Positions 8,406-17,318 of a stretch of DNA of 64,000 bases are shown in pieces. Within the stretch, counting starts at the first letter, position 1; the number at the start of each line of letters is the position of its first letter. This DNA comes from Nitrospirales bacterium (GTDB lineage: Bacteria; Nitrospirota; Nitrospiria; Nitrospirales; UBA8639): assembly GCA_963555755.3 (NCBI GenBank), contig OY820905.2, forward strand, positions 4,224,001-4,288,000, given 5' to 3'. Under the pieces are notes generated by a model. It ran no database searches. It saw only the letters and a list, made by a program, of their open reading frames with translations, and was not told the origin of the DNA. The position numbers and the translations under genes were made by a program.

Positions 8406-10024
8406 TTAACGGGTTCTTGCACTTTTTTCAGTAATAGGAAAACGACGGGAATGGTAATCGCCACGATGAGTAAGGCCGGCGGGGCAGCCAGTTGATACAA
8501 CTCTTCACTCGCTTCCAGCCAAATTCGTATGGCGAGTGTATCGAACCCAACGGGACGCAGCAAGAGGGTCGCGGGCAGTTCTTTCATGCACTGGACAAAG
8601 ACCAAAATCCAGGCACTGAGGAATCCCCCTCGGACCAAGGGAAACGTGACCGTGCGAAACGTGCGTAAGGAACGAGATCCGAGACTTCTAGCCGCCTCTT
8701 CGAGATTCGGGGTCAGTTGATGAAGGGTCGATTCCATGCCCTGCAGCGCCACGGGCAGAAAGTGGACGAGATAGGCAATGAGCAGCACCAGGACCGTGCC
8801 ATATAACTCTGGCATGAGGTGCGAGACCAGAACGAGCACGGCTAAGGCCGCTACGGGGCCTGGTAAGACGTACCCCGTGTAGGCACCTTGGATACACAGA
8901 AGGCTGGCCCATGTTTGTTTGCGACAGGCCAAGTAGGCCAAGGGAATGCCACAGACAAGGGCTAATGTCGCCGTGATGCCGGCAAGGGAAATGGTGTTCC
9001 ACACATACCCCATGAATCCGCTGGCGAGCTCTCCGGCTGCAAGGGCATCCATGGTCCATTGCACCAACAGAAACACGGGGATGCCAAAGGCTGTTGCGAA
9101 GACGATGGTGAGGACTCCGGTGAAGCCAAGGGTTTGTAGGGGACTACAGGCCTGTGGAATCGGCTTTCGAAACCGGCCAGTGGTTTGATAAAACCGACTC
9201 CGTTGTCGAAACCAGCGTTCACCTAACAGGAAGATAAATGTGCAGGATACCAAGAACAGGCTTAAGCAGGCTGCGGCGGTATTGTCGAATCGTCCAGTCA
9301 TTTGTTGATAGATGGCATAGGTGAAGGTTTGATAGCGCAACATCGCCATGGCGCCAAAATCAGAAGCCACATATAGAATGGCCAAGAACAGTCCGGCCAT
9401 AAGCGAGGGCCGGATCATGGGTAGTGACACACGAAAGAAGGTGTTCAGCGGACTGGCACCTGTCGCACGCGCGGCTTCTTCAAAAGAAATATTGAAATTC
9501 TGAAAGGCTGATCGCGCCAATAAATAGACGAAGGGAAACGTGTTGATGGACATGACTAATGTCGCGCCCGCGAAACTGAACGGGGAAAAAATCTGCGCGT
9601 CAGCTCCTGCGACCATTTGCCAGGCATGTTCAAGCGGACCGTTGCGTTGCAAGAGAAATGTATAGGTGTAGGCGAGGACGTACGAAGGAATCGCCAAGGG
9701 TAGAATGATGAGCCAGTTCCACACCGTTGAGCCGACAAAGCGGTAACGAGTGAGAATCCATGCCAGAGAAACGCCTAGAACCAGATCAATCACCGCGACG
9801 CTGAGGGCCAATGAAAATGTGTTGAATAACAATTCAGGAATGCGAGTGGTCCACAGCCTTCGCCAGACTGCCGTGTCAGCCGTGATTGCGGAAACTATCA
9901 CGTACAACAAGGGAAGCGTAATCAGCCCTGCCAGGATAAAGGCGACAACAATCAAAGGAGAAGGAAATCGAAAGCGCGTACGTGACAAGCTGAGGGAAGG
10001 ATTAGCGAAGGCCAACGTGTTCAA
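8393..10024 (-). CDS. fbpB: Fe3+ ABC transporter permease (FbpB/FutB-like)
   Basis: Two EAA motifs (FEEAARATG, LEEAARSLG); PLAIPSYV; KELPATLLLRP. Confidence 0.9.
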   Translation of the reverse strand: MNTLAFANPSLSLSRTRFRFPSPLIVVAFILAGLITLPLLYVIVSAITADTAVWRRLWTTRIPELLFNTFSLALSVAVIDLVLGVSLAWILTRYRFVGSTVWNWLIILPLAIPSYVLAYTYTFLLQRNGPLEHAWQMVAGADAQIFSPFSFAGATLVMSINTFPFVYLLARSAFQNFNISFEEAARATGASPLNTFFRVSLPMIRPSLMAGLFLAILYVASDFGAMAMLRYQTFTYAIYQQMTGRFDNTAAACLSLFLVSCTFIFLLGERWFRQRSRFYQTTGRFRKPIPQACSPLQTLGFTGVLTIVFATAFGIPVFLLVQWTMDALAAGELASGFMGYVWNTISLAGITATLALVCGIPLAYLACRKQTWASLLCIQGAYTGYVLPGPVAALAVLVLVSHLMPELYGTVLVLLIAYLVHFLPVALQGMESTLHQLTPNLEEAARSLGSRSLRTFRTVTFPLVRGGFLSAWILVFVQCMKELPATLLLRPVGFDTLAIRIWLEASEELYQLAAPPALLIVAITIPVVFLLLKKVQEPVKRKA

Positions 10025-11030
10025 TCACGGTCATGGTGGGATCGCGGAGTTCAGCTAAACGGGAAAGGGGAACGCGCGCGACTTGAAAGCTTTTCAGGGG
10101 AAGCAGCTCGGGTGCAGCATCAACGTTGGCATTGAGTGGGTATTCTTTGTTGACGCTGGCGAACATCTGTTGTCCTTTGGTGGAGATAAGGAATTGGACT
10201 AGCGCTTTAGCCTGGGCCAGGTGTTTCGCATGTGCGGTGATGCCAATGCCCGCGGCATTTAAGACAAGGCCCATGCCGTTTTCTTCTTGATCAAGTAACA
10301 ACTGGGCAATCGGGGCATCGGGATGCTTGGCTAAATGGCGATAGATGTAATAGTGGTTCACGAGTCCGACCGCCACGTCGCCTCGTGCCACAGCCGCAAC
10401 AATCTGCCGGTTCTTTCCATACACCGATGAGCCGGCATTATCTTTGAGACCACGCAAAAACTCTTTGGTGACCGCGTCGCCTTTAGTCTCACGAATCACC
10501 GACACACCAGTTTGCAAATATACACTCCCGGCACTCGGAATGGCTACTTTCCCTTTCCACTGGGGTTTGGCAAGGTCCAAGATTGAAGAAAGAGCATCCG
10601 GCTTCACCATCGTCGTGTTATAGACCACCACCCAAATGCGTCCGGACAATCCGATCCAACTATTATCTGGAGCCCGAAACGATTGAGGAATAGCGGCTTC
10701 GATTCCGGGCATGTCAATGGCTTGGAGCAGATGAAGCTCACGCGCACGTTCGAGGGTCCCGGCATCGTTGGTGATAAAGACATCAGCAGGTGAGCGTTTC
10801 CCTTCCATCCTGAGCCGATTCACGAGGGCCGTACTATCGGCAGTGAGCATCTGAATAGCAATGCCGGATTCAGCCTGAAAAGCGTCGAGCACAGGTTTAA
10901 TCAAGCGCTCAGCTCGACCGGAATAAACCACGAGCGAATCACCAGAAAACGACAGTGGGGGGGCGCATAGGAGGGAGACGATAAGACAAACAGAATAGGT
11001 AAGGATTCTAGCTGTGGATTGAGAACGCAC
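10002..11030 (-). CDS. fbpA: Fe3+ ABC transporter periplasmic binding protein (FbpA/FutA-like)
   Basis: VYSGR, SPADVF, GLSGR and iron-ligand NHYY motifs. Confidence 0.9.
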   Translation of the reverse strand: MRSQSTARILTYSVCLIVSLLCAPPLSFSGDSLVVYSGRAERLIKPVLDAFQAESGIAIQMLTADSTALVNRLRMEGKRSPADVFITNDAGTLERARELHLLQAIDMPGIEAAIPQSFRAPDNSWIGLSGRIWVVVYNTTMVKPDALSSILDLAKPQWKGKVAIPSAGSVYLQTGVSVIRETKGDAVTKEFLRGLKDNAGSSVYGKNRQIVAAVARGDVAVGLVNHYYIYRHLAKHPDAPIAQLLLDQEENGMGLVLNAAGIGITAHAKHLAQAKALVQFLISTKGQQMFASVNKEYPLNANVDAAPELLPLKSFQVARVPLSRLAELRDPTMTVIEHVGLR

Positions 11031-11037
11031 GCGCTCG

Positions 11038-11520
11038 CTACCTTCGACCTGTTTGGGTGTTCAGTGCACGGCCACAGTTCTTGCACTCTCCATTGGGAAG
11101 CTGAACGGGATCGCCATAGATCTCAAGTTTGTGCGTATGAATCGTGAATCCATTTTTTCGTGCCACTTCTTCCTGAAGGTCCTCAATTTGGCAGTTCTCA
11201 AATTCGATGATTTTGTCGCAGGTCGTGCAGATCAAGTGGTCATGATGCCCCTTGTGCGAGACGTTATCAAACTTGGTTTGGGAGCCGAAGTGCTGTTCCT
11301 GGGCCATTCCGGTCTCACACAAGAGCTTTAACGTTCGATACACCGTGGCCAAACCGATGTGCGGATCCTTCTTGGCGAGCATGCGATACATCTGCTCCGC
11401 TGTCACATGTTCCATTTTGAGAAACGTGGTAAGGATGTTTTCCCGTTGCCGGGTGAGTTTCAGATTGTTCTTGGTCAGGTGCTGCTTGAGAATTTCGAGT
11501 TCTTTGGTGGGTTTCGCCAT
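11038..11520 (-). CDS. fur: Fur-family transcriptional repressor
   Basis: LKLTRQR, IGLATVYRTL, HHDHLICTTC, HKLEIYG; likely ATG at 11520. Confidence 0.9.
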   Translation of the reverse strand: MAKPTKELEILKQHLTKNNLKLTRQRENILTTFLKMEHVTAEQMYRMLAKKDPHIGLATVYRTLKLLCETGMAQEQHFGSQTKFDNVSHKGHHDHLICTTCDKIIEFENCQIEDLQEEVARKNGFTIHTHKLEIYGDPVQLPNGECKNCGRALNTQTGRR

Positions 11521-11623
11521 TAGTGGATTCTCTTTCTCAATTGAATATCCTATTAAAACCAAAAAAAGACAACAGGGTCAAGCCAAAAATGGGAGAGGTT
11601 GTGTTGTATGTGGTTTTCCCTCT

Positions 11624-12090
11624 GTCATTTCGACCCTTGGGAGAAATCTCTCATTCGACAATGAGGGGAGATTTCTCGCTCCACTCGAAATGACAAGACC
11701 GTTGTGATCTGTCATTTCGACCCTTGGGAGAAATCTCTCGTTCGACAATGGGGGGAGATTTCTCGCTCCGCTCGAAATGACAAGACCGTTGTGATCTGTC
11801 ATTTCGACCCTTGGGAGAAATCTCTCATTCGACAATGAGGGGAGATTTCTCGCTCCGCTCGAAATGACAAGACCGTTGTGATCTGTCATTTCGACCCTTG
11901 GGAGAAATCTCTCGTTCGACAATGTGGGGGAGATTTCTCGCTCCGCTCGAAATGACAAGACCGTTGTGATCTGTCTCGACCCTTGGGAGAAATGACAAGA
12001 CCGTTGTGATCTGTCATTTCGGGGAGATCTCTCATTCGACAATGAGGGGAGATTTCTCGCTCCACTCGAAATGACAAGACCGTTGTGATG
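11624..12090. repeat. Tandem array of 87-bp palindromic units (4 full + 2 internally deleted)
   Basis: Units start at 11624, 11711, 11798, 11885, 11973 and 12013; each GTCATTTCGA..GAGAAATCTC-loop-GAGATTTCTC..TCGAAATGAC plus a constant linker AAGACCGTTGTGATCT. Confidence 0.95.
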
Positions 12091-12433
12091 TAAGGGGTTC
12101 TCCCAAGGGTCGAAATGGCCACACAGTTGTTATGTCACGTTGTTCTTTCATTTTCTGTTTCGGTCGTGGGTCCTCGAGTTGGGCGCGGCGGAGCCGCATA
12201 CACGAATCGGCTTTTCGGCGAAGGTTGTTTGAGTCCATTGACAAGGCTCAGGATGGACTTCGCGATTTCCCGAGCCATCTTGACCTGTCCTGAGCGGAGT
12301 CGAAGGGTTCGGGGCGGAGGCGGAGGGACCCGGAGGGCCGCACACGGGTGAGAATGGTTTTGGGCACTTTTGCCGAAACACAAGTGTCTCGTTGCGCCGG
12401 GGCGATACCTCGCATGAATAAAGCCATAGAATT

Positions 12434-12454
12434 GGTGGGCAGTACCCACCCTAC
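12434..12454 (-). repeat. GTAG-type REP-like element
   Basis: Reverse complement GTAGGGTGGGTACTGCCCACC; related copy near 32810. Confidence 0.6.
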
Positions 12455-12549
12455 ATTGATTTCTGAATTTCTTTCCTAGGCCACAATCTTCCCTTTTCTC
12501 GTTGACGCCGTTCATGGTTGCTCGTTAGGATCGCGATCTTGTCGACTTA

Positions 12550-12706
12550 GGGTTCGCGCAAGCATAACTTCCCACGTTTGGGTGCTGAGACGCCTGTCTG
12601 GCAAGGCGCGAGGACTGCGCATACTCCTCGTATGAAAAGGATGAGCAACGCCGCCAGACTGGATAGATCGACGCCCAAACATGGGAAGTTATTCTTACGC
12701 GAACCC
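12550..12706. mobile_element. MITE-like element
   Basis: Imperfect terminal IRs GGGTTCGCGCAAGCATAACTTCCCA / TGGGAAGTTATTCTTACGCGAACCC; flanked by TTA on both sides; no credible ORF. Confidence 0.75.
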
Positions 12707-12710
12707 TTAA

Positions 12711-12851
12711 GGGCACCTCTACAAACCAGGCATTTTTTGTGAGGGCAAGGAAGCCGCGCGCGGAAAACCGGAGTGTATGGGCGAATACATGAGGATGTGA
12801 GCACGCGGCTGACGCCGCCATCACGGAAAAGGACGGTTTTTAGAGGTGCCC
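12711..12851. mobile_element. 141-bp MITE, copy 1
   Basis: IRs GGGCACCTCTACAAACC / GGTTTTTAGAGGTGCCC; TTAA duplication; same sequence as 60367-60507. Confidence 0.9.
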
Positions 12852-12892
12852 TTAAGATCTTTTGCCGAAATTATAGGGCCAGGAACGAATTC

Positions 12893-13459
12893 ATGCGTAA
12901 ACCCAACGACATCACTATTGATCGGACCTTACTGATCTACGTGCTTCATTTTGCGGAGTCGAAGGAGTTTTCGATGGTCAGTGATGTGAAGCTTCAGCAG
13001 CTTGTGTTTCTTGCCGAGTTGCAAATGCTTGGAAAAGGGTTGCGTGGGTTTCATTATGAGTTTATGCGTTACCCCTATGGAGCCTTCAGCAAAGATCTCG
13101 ACAATGACCTGCTGGCCATGCGCAAGAAAGAACGGTTAGAGAATTTTGATGTGGTCGGGCAGGCGGAGGACTGTATTCCGCTTTTGGAGGAAGCCATTCC
13201 TGGCGTCGAGGCGAATGAACAGATCATGGAAATCATCCAAGCCGTGGTCGAAACCTACGGGTCCAAAGACCTTGGTGAGATTTCGAAATCTGTCGAAGAT
13301 GTGGAAATCAGCGTGGTTGATCGTCCTGAAGATAAAATAGTTATTCTCGATATTCCCTTTCACTCCATGATGTTGGTGCCTTCTCGCATCGAAGTCACTG
13401 GGGAATTTTCTTTCCTTCCCAAAACTCTCTCTCAACTGAATACGGCGCTTGGGATGTAA
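12893..13459 (+). CDS. SocA/Panacea (DUF4065)-like protein
   Basis: KLQQLVFLAE and YEFMRYPYGAFSKDLDNDL resemble the KLQKL..LA / F..Y.YGP.S signature; the upstream ORF extension lies inside a MITE. Confidence 0.6.
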   Translation: MRKPNDITIDRTLLIYVLHFAESKEFSMVSDVKLQQLVFLAELQMLGKGLRGFHYEFMRYPYGAFSKDLDNDLLAMRKKERLENFDVVGQAEDCIPLLEEAIPGVEANEQIMEIIQAVVETYGSKDLGEISKSVEDVEISVVDRPEDKIVILDIPFHSMMLVPSRIEVTGEFSFLPKTLSQLNTALGM

Positions 13460-13536
13460 TTCTCTTTCTGGGTTGAGGAACGGGGCCGAGTAACGTGTGC
13501 ACTCAGCCCCGCGAAGACTCTCTGAACCGATGGGGA

Positions 13537-13857
13537 CTACTTGGATGAAGGTGATTGGGTGGCAACCCCAATCGTGATGAGTTCTTTTAGTTTGGCGAAT
13601 TTTCCTGTGTCAATGCCATTGACTTTCATCAGCTCATTGATACTCGTGAAGGGCCCAACGTCCGTTCGATAGTTGACAATGCGTTGGGCGATTTCTTTGC
13701 CAATGCCTGGCAATAGTTCAAGCTGTTTGGTCGTGGCGGTATTGAGATCGATTGTGCCCTCAGCGGCGAGCACCAGACCAGGAAAACTCAAACACAATAC
13801 GAAGGCCAACAGTCCAATGGTCATGTAAGACCGAGCAAATTGTTGAAACGGATTCAT
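13537..13857 (-). CDS. comEA: ComEA-family helix-hairpin-helix DNA-binding protein
   Basis: Signal peptide; IDLNTAT..QLELLPGIG..IAQRIV.YR..GPF.S..EL..V.GI. Confidence 0.85.
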   Translation of the reverse strand: MNPFQQFARSYMTIGLLAFVLCLSFPGLVLAAEGTIDLNTATTKQLELLPGIGKEIAQRIVNYRTDVGPFTSINELMKVNGIDTGKFAKLKELITIGVATQSPSSK

Positions 13858-14051
13858 ACACTTTCCCTCCTTTGAATAAGATTAAATGACCAGAAGAAAC
13901 ACTCCTGACTTTTCATGAAGCAGAATGTATGCCAGTTCGAGGCTAGAGTCAAGCCCCAGGGCTAATTCATATTAGAGTGTAACTTTATAGATAATAAGGA
14001 ATAATCGATTTAGGCTGGCTTTTTCTTTTCGTTTACAGCATACTCTTTTGC

Positions 14052-15179
14052 ATGCCAGACGAATCGCCCAGCGGACAGCCGGTCATTGATCTGAGGCAAG
14101 TCGTGGTTCGCCCAATTGTCCGGGACGAGCAGGACGCCTTCAAGTCCCTCCTCGCCCGACATCACTACCTCGGGCCTGCCCCGTTGATTGGCCCCTCGAT
14201 CCAATATCTCGCCTGTGTGCAGGATCGCTGGCTGGCCTTGCTGGTGTTTGCGGCGGCGGCCCTCAAATCGAAACCGCGCGACCACTGGATCGGCTGGCCC
14301 CCCTGTTTTCACTGGCAACGCCTCCATTTACTGGCCAACAACACCCGGTTTCTCATCCTGCCGGACTGCTCGCAAAAGAACCTCGCCTCGAAAGTCCTGG
14401 CGCTCTGCGCGAAACGGATCGCGGCCGATTGGCAACTGTGCCACGGCTACCCCTTGCTCCTCTTAGAGACCTTCGTCGATCCTGCCCGCTTCACCGGGAC
14501 CTGCTATCGAGCCGCCGGGTGGCAGGAGCTCGGGCTGACACGAGGGTTTCGCAAGTCCAATACGCGGTATGTTCAGCATGACCGCCCGAAACGCATCCTG
14601 GTCAAGAGCCTCCATCCCCAAGCCCGAGAGATTCTTGCACGCCCGATGCTTGATCAGCCCTATCAGAAAGGAGAAGCGCCTCAGATGAGATTGAATACAA
14701 AACAGACGGACTCCCTCTTTACGTATGTGGTGCAGCTGACCGATCCCCGCCATTTGCAAGGGCAACGGCACACCCGACGCGCCCTCACGGCGATCATGTT
14801 CTGTGCCACCTTGTGCGGCGCGCGCGGCTATGAAGCGATCTCGGACTGGGCCCAGCAGTTATCGCAGCCGATGCGCAAGCGGCTAGGCTGTACTCAGCGA
14901 GGGGGGCGCTACCTCGTCCCGAGCCGCAGCACTCTTTACCGCTTTATCACGGCCGTCGACCCCTGTGAAGTCGATACCCTGCTCGGCCGGTGGCTGGACA
15001 CCTTCGGCGGGGAGGATCAGGGCATTGCCATTGATGGCAAGACCATGCGGGGGACTTCGAAGGTCCCGAGCGAACAGACCCATGTCCTCAGTGCCGTCAC
15101 CCATGACGAGGGGCGCCACCTCACCCAAAAAAAGTTAACTCCAAAACCAATGAGATCCCCTGCGTGCGGCCCCTGTTAG
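14052..15179 (+). CDS. DUF4338/DruA-like domain fused to the N-terminal half of an ISAs1 transposase
   Basis: HHYLG, RDHWIGW, NNTRFLILP, ETFVD, GTCYRAAGW; then DPR..G.RH and AIDGKTMRG (ISAs1). Confidence 0.85.
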   Translation: MPDESPSGQPVIDLRQVVVRPIVRDEQDAFKSLLARHHYLGPAPLIGPSIQYLACVQDRWLALLVFAAAALKSKPRDHWIGWPPCFHWQRLHLLANNTRFLILPDCSQKNLASKVLALCAKRIAADWQLCHGYPLLLLETFVDPARFTGTCYRAAGWQELGLTRGFRKSNTRYVQHDRPKRILVKSLHPQAREILARPMLDQPYQKGEAPQMRLNTKQTDSLFTYVVQLTDPRHLQGQRHTRRALTAIMFCATLCGARGYEAISDWAQQLSQPMRKRLGCTQRGGRYLVPSRSTLYRFITAVDPCEVDTLLGRWLDTFGGEDQGIAIDGKTMRGTSKVPSEQTHVLSAVTHDEGRHLTQKKLTPKPMRSPACGPC

Positions 15180-15799
15180 ATGCGCTCGAGATCGCAGGGA
15201 AGGTGATCACGGCGGATGCGCTCCTCACCCAGAAAGAGATTGCCGAGTACCTGGTGCACGAACGCGGCGCCGACTTCGTCTTCACCGTCAAGGGAAACCA
15301 GCCCACCTTGAAGCACGACATTGAGGCCTTGGCGTTGCGAGCACGCCGGTGTGATTATGCCACCACCGAGAAAGGCCATGGGCAGATCACGACCCGCAGG
15401 ATCTGGTGCGATGACTCCCTGAATGCCTATGTCAACTTTCCTCATGTCCAGCAAGTCTTCTGCATTGAGAGGGAAGTGACGCATCTCAAGCAGGGCCTCA
15501 CGACCGTCGAAGCGGTCTGCGGTGTCACGAGTCAGTCCAAAGACAAGGCGGGGCCGAAGACCATCCTCTCGCAAAACCGAAAGCATTGGAGTGTGGAGAA
15601 TAAGCAGCATTATGTGTTGGACGTCACCTTTGATGAAGACCGGAGTCAGATCAGACGGCTCAATGGCCCGATGGTCATGACCTGTCTGAGACGCTATGCC
15701 ATCAGTCTCTTACGCGTGAAAGGCAACACCAATATCGCGCAGGCGTTTAGATGGCTCTGGGCCAAGCCGCATGTAGCCATCCGTATGGCCTTGCCCTGA
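15134..15799 (+). CDS. C-terminal half of the ISAs1 transposase, in the -1 frame (frameshift at A-AAA-AAG 15128-15134)
   Basis: -1 frame reads VNSKTNEIP..LL...ITADAL.TQ, VKGNQP.L, EKGHG, RKHWSVEN.H..LDV.F.ED. Confidence 0.85.
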   Translation, partial: VNSKTNEIPCVRPLLDALEIAGKVITADALLTQKEIAEYLVHERGADFVFTVKGNQPTLKHDIEALALRARRCDYATTEKGHGQITTRRIWCDDSLNAYVNFPHVQQVFCIEREVTHLKQGLTTVEAVCGVTSQSKDKAGPKTILSQNRKHWSVENKQHYVLDVTFDEDRSQIRRLNGPMVMTCLRRYAISLLRVKGNTNIAQAFRWLWAKPHVAIRMALP

Positions 15800-15926
15800 A
15801 AAAGAGAGCAAAAAAACCTAATGGAACCACTTGCTTATAAAAAGAATGAAATGGCCCTGGGGGGAGTCTTAGGTGGATACGAATGACGGCGACATAAAGT
15901 GGCCTACCCAATTGAAGAGACGAGAG

Positions 15927-16301
15927 ATGCGCAACCAGCAAGGCGTAACCCTTGTGGAAGTCATCATTGCCATGGGCCTGGTGTTCATGGCGCTCCTCGC
16001 GCTTTCCGGGTTGGCCACGGTGTCGTTGAAGGGGGCTGCCACGGCCAAACATCTCACCACGGCCACGGTATTAGCGCAAGAAAAACTCGAAGATGTGAAG
16101 CTGACCGGGTACAACCCGGATATCGTCAGTAGTGTAGAAGTAGACGAACCGTATGAATCCTTGCCAGACTTTCCTCTCTATAAACGAGTTGTAACGATTG
16201 ATCCCAACAATCCGACTATCGGCCTGCAAACCGTCACGGTGATGGTTTCGTGGGCCGACGACCGTCACGCCGTTTCACTGTCCACCATCTTGGCCGAATA
16301 A
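15927..16301 (+). CDS. Type IV minor pilin, PilV-like
   Basis: Prepilin motif QQG|VTLVEV; LAQEKLE. Confidence 0.8.
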   Translation: MRNQQGVTLVEVIIAMGLVFMALLALSGLATVSLKGAATAKHLTTATVLAQEKLEDVKLTGYNPDIVSSVEVDEPYESLPDFPLYKRVVTIDPNNPTIGLQTVTVMVSWADDRHAVSLSTILAE

Positions 16302-16303
16302 CC

Positions 16304-16927
16304 ATGGCCGATCATTGGGGCACACTTTTTGATCAACGCGGGGTGACGTTAACCGAACTCATGGTAGCGTTGGTCATGGGATTGGCGACCGTTGCGGCAG
16401 TGTATAGCGTGCACCTGGTGCAAGTGAAGCAGCGAATCCTTCAAGAGGATGTCATGGCCATGCAACAAAATGCTCGTGCGGCCATGGATCTTATGACTCG
16501 CGAGATTCGAATGGCTGGGTATGATCCAATGGGGGTGAATCGAGATGGGAGTGACTCGAATGATTTTTCCGGGGTGGCCTACCACCCAACGGAACTTCAG
16601 ATCAAATCAGACCTTAATGGGAACGGGCTTCTCACGGATTCGAACGAATCCATCGTGTTTCTTTATGATGCCTCAACCTTGACCCTCAGACGGAAAGTCG
16701 GTCGAGGCGGGCGACAACCCCTGGCTGAACATATCCAGTCCCTTGCCCTACAATATTTCGACCAGGGTGGTGCTCCAACAATAGATTCAACAAACATTCG
16801 TATGATAGAAGTAGCACTCACTGCACAAACAGAACATGCCGATCCCCAGTATCCCAAAAATGAAGGACACCGAACCTTTACCCTGCGATCCCGAGTCACC
16901 CCAAGAAATTTAGGCTTATTGCGATGA
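16304..16927 (+). CDS. Type IV minor pilin, PilW-like
   Basis: QRG|VTLTELMVA; QQNARAAMDLMTREIRMAGY; C-terminal PRN. Confidence 0.85.
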   Translation: MADHWGTLFDQRGVTLTELMVALVMGLATVAAVYSVHLVQVKQRILQEDVMAMQQNARAAMDLMTREIRMAGYDPMGVNRDGSDSNDFSGVAYHPTELQIKSDLNGNGLLTDSNESIVFLYDASTLTLRRKVGRGGRQPLAEHIQSLALQYFDQGGAPTIDSTNIRMIEVALTAQTEHADPQYPKNEGHRTFTLRSRVTPRNLGLLR

Positions 16928-17318
16928 AGACGGCATCGTGATCCGTGCAAGCCAACTTCTCACGCGACGTCTGGGAGTATTTGGGGCTATCCGGGCTAGC
17001 TTTCACTTGGGTCAAAAATATAAAATATGGGGTCAGACTCGAATTAATGGATGTTTCTGCTCATGTTTAGTTGGCCAAATACCTAATAAATCGAAAGGGT
17101 CAATCGCGTTTCGTCTATCACATTCTGCTTGTATTGTAGGTTTGTCCAAGCCGACCCCTACTTTCATTCCCCCGTTCAATTATCATTTTTTGGCCTGTTG
17201 TTCTTGTAAGGTCAGACTCTGCTTTGTGATTCATGGGTCGAGGTAACTACTCAGGTCAATTTTCTATAGCCTGATTTTTTTCTGGACTAACGGCTCCACC
17301 CATGGCATAATCGGGGCC

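Larger units (their letters stand above)
13957..15859 (+). mobile_element. ISAs1-family insertion sequence with DUF4338 fused to the transposase
   Basis: Terminal IRs CAGGGCTAATTCAT / ATGAAATGGCCCTG (12/14); higher GC than flanks; no target duplication seen. Confidence 0.85.

Noticed and set aside
11624..12090. CRISPR array
   Set aside because: No unique spacers: whole 87-bp units repeat, including the linker; no cas genes in the window
11578..12824. Short ORFs over the repeat/MITE stack
   Set aside because: Translations simply mirror the DNA repeats; no protein family features
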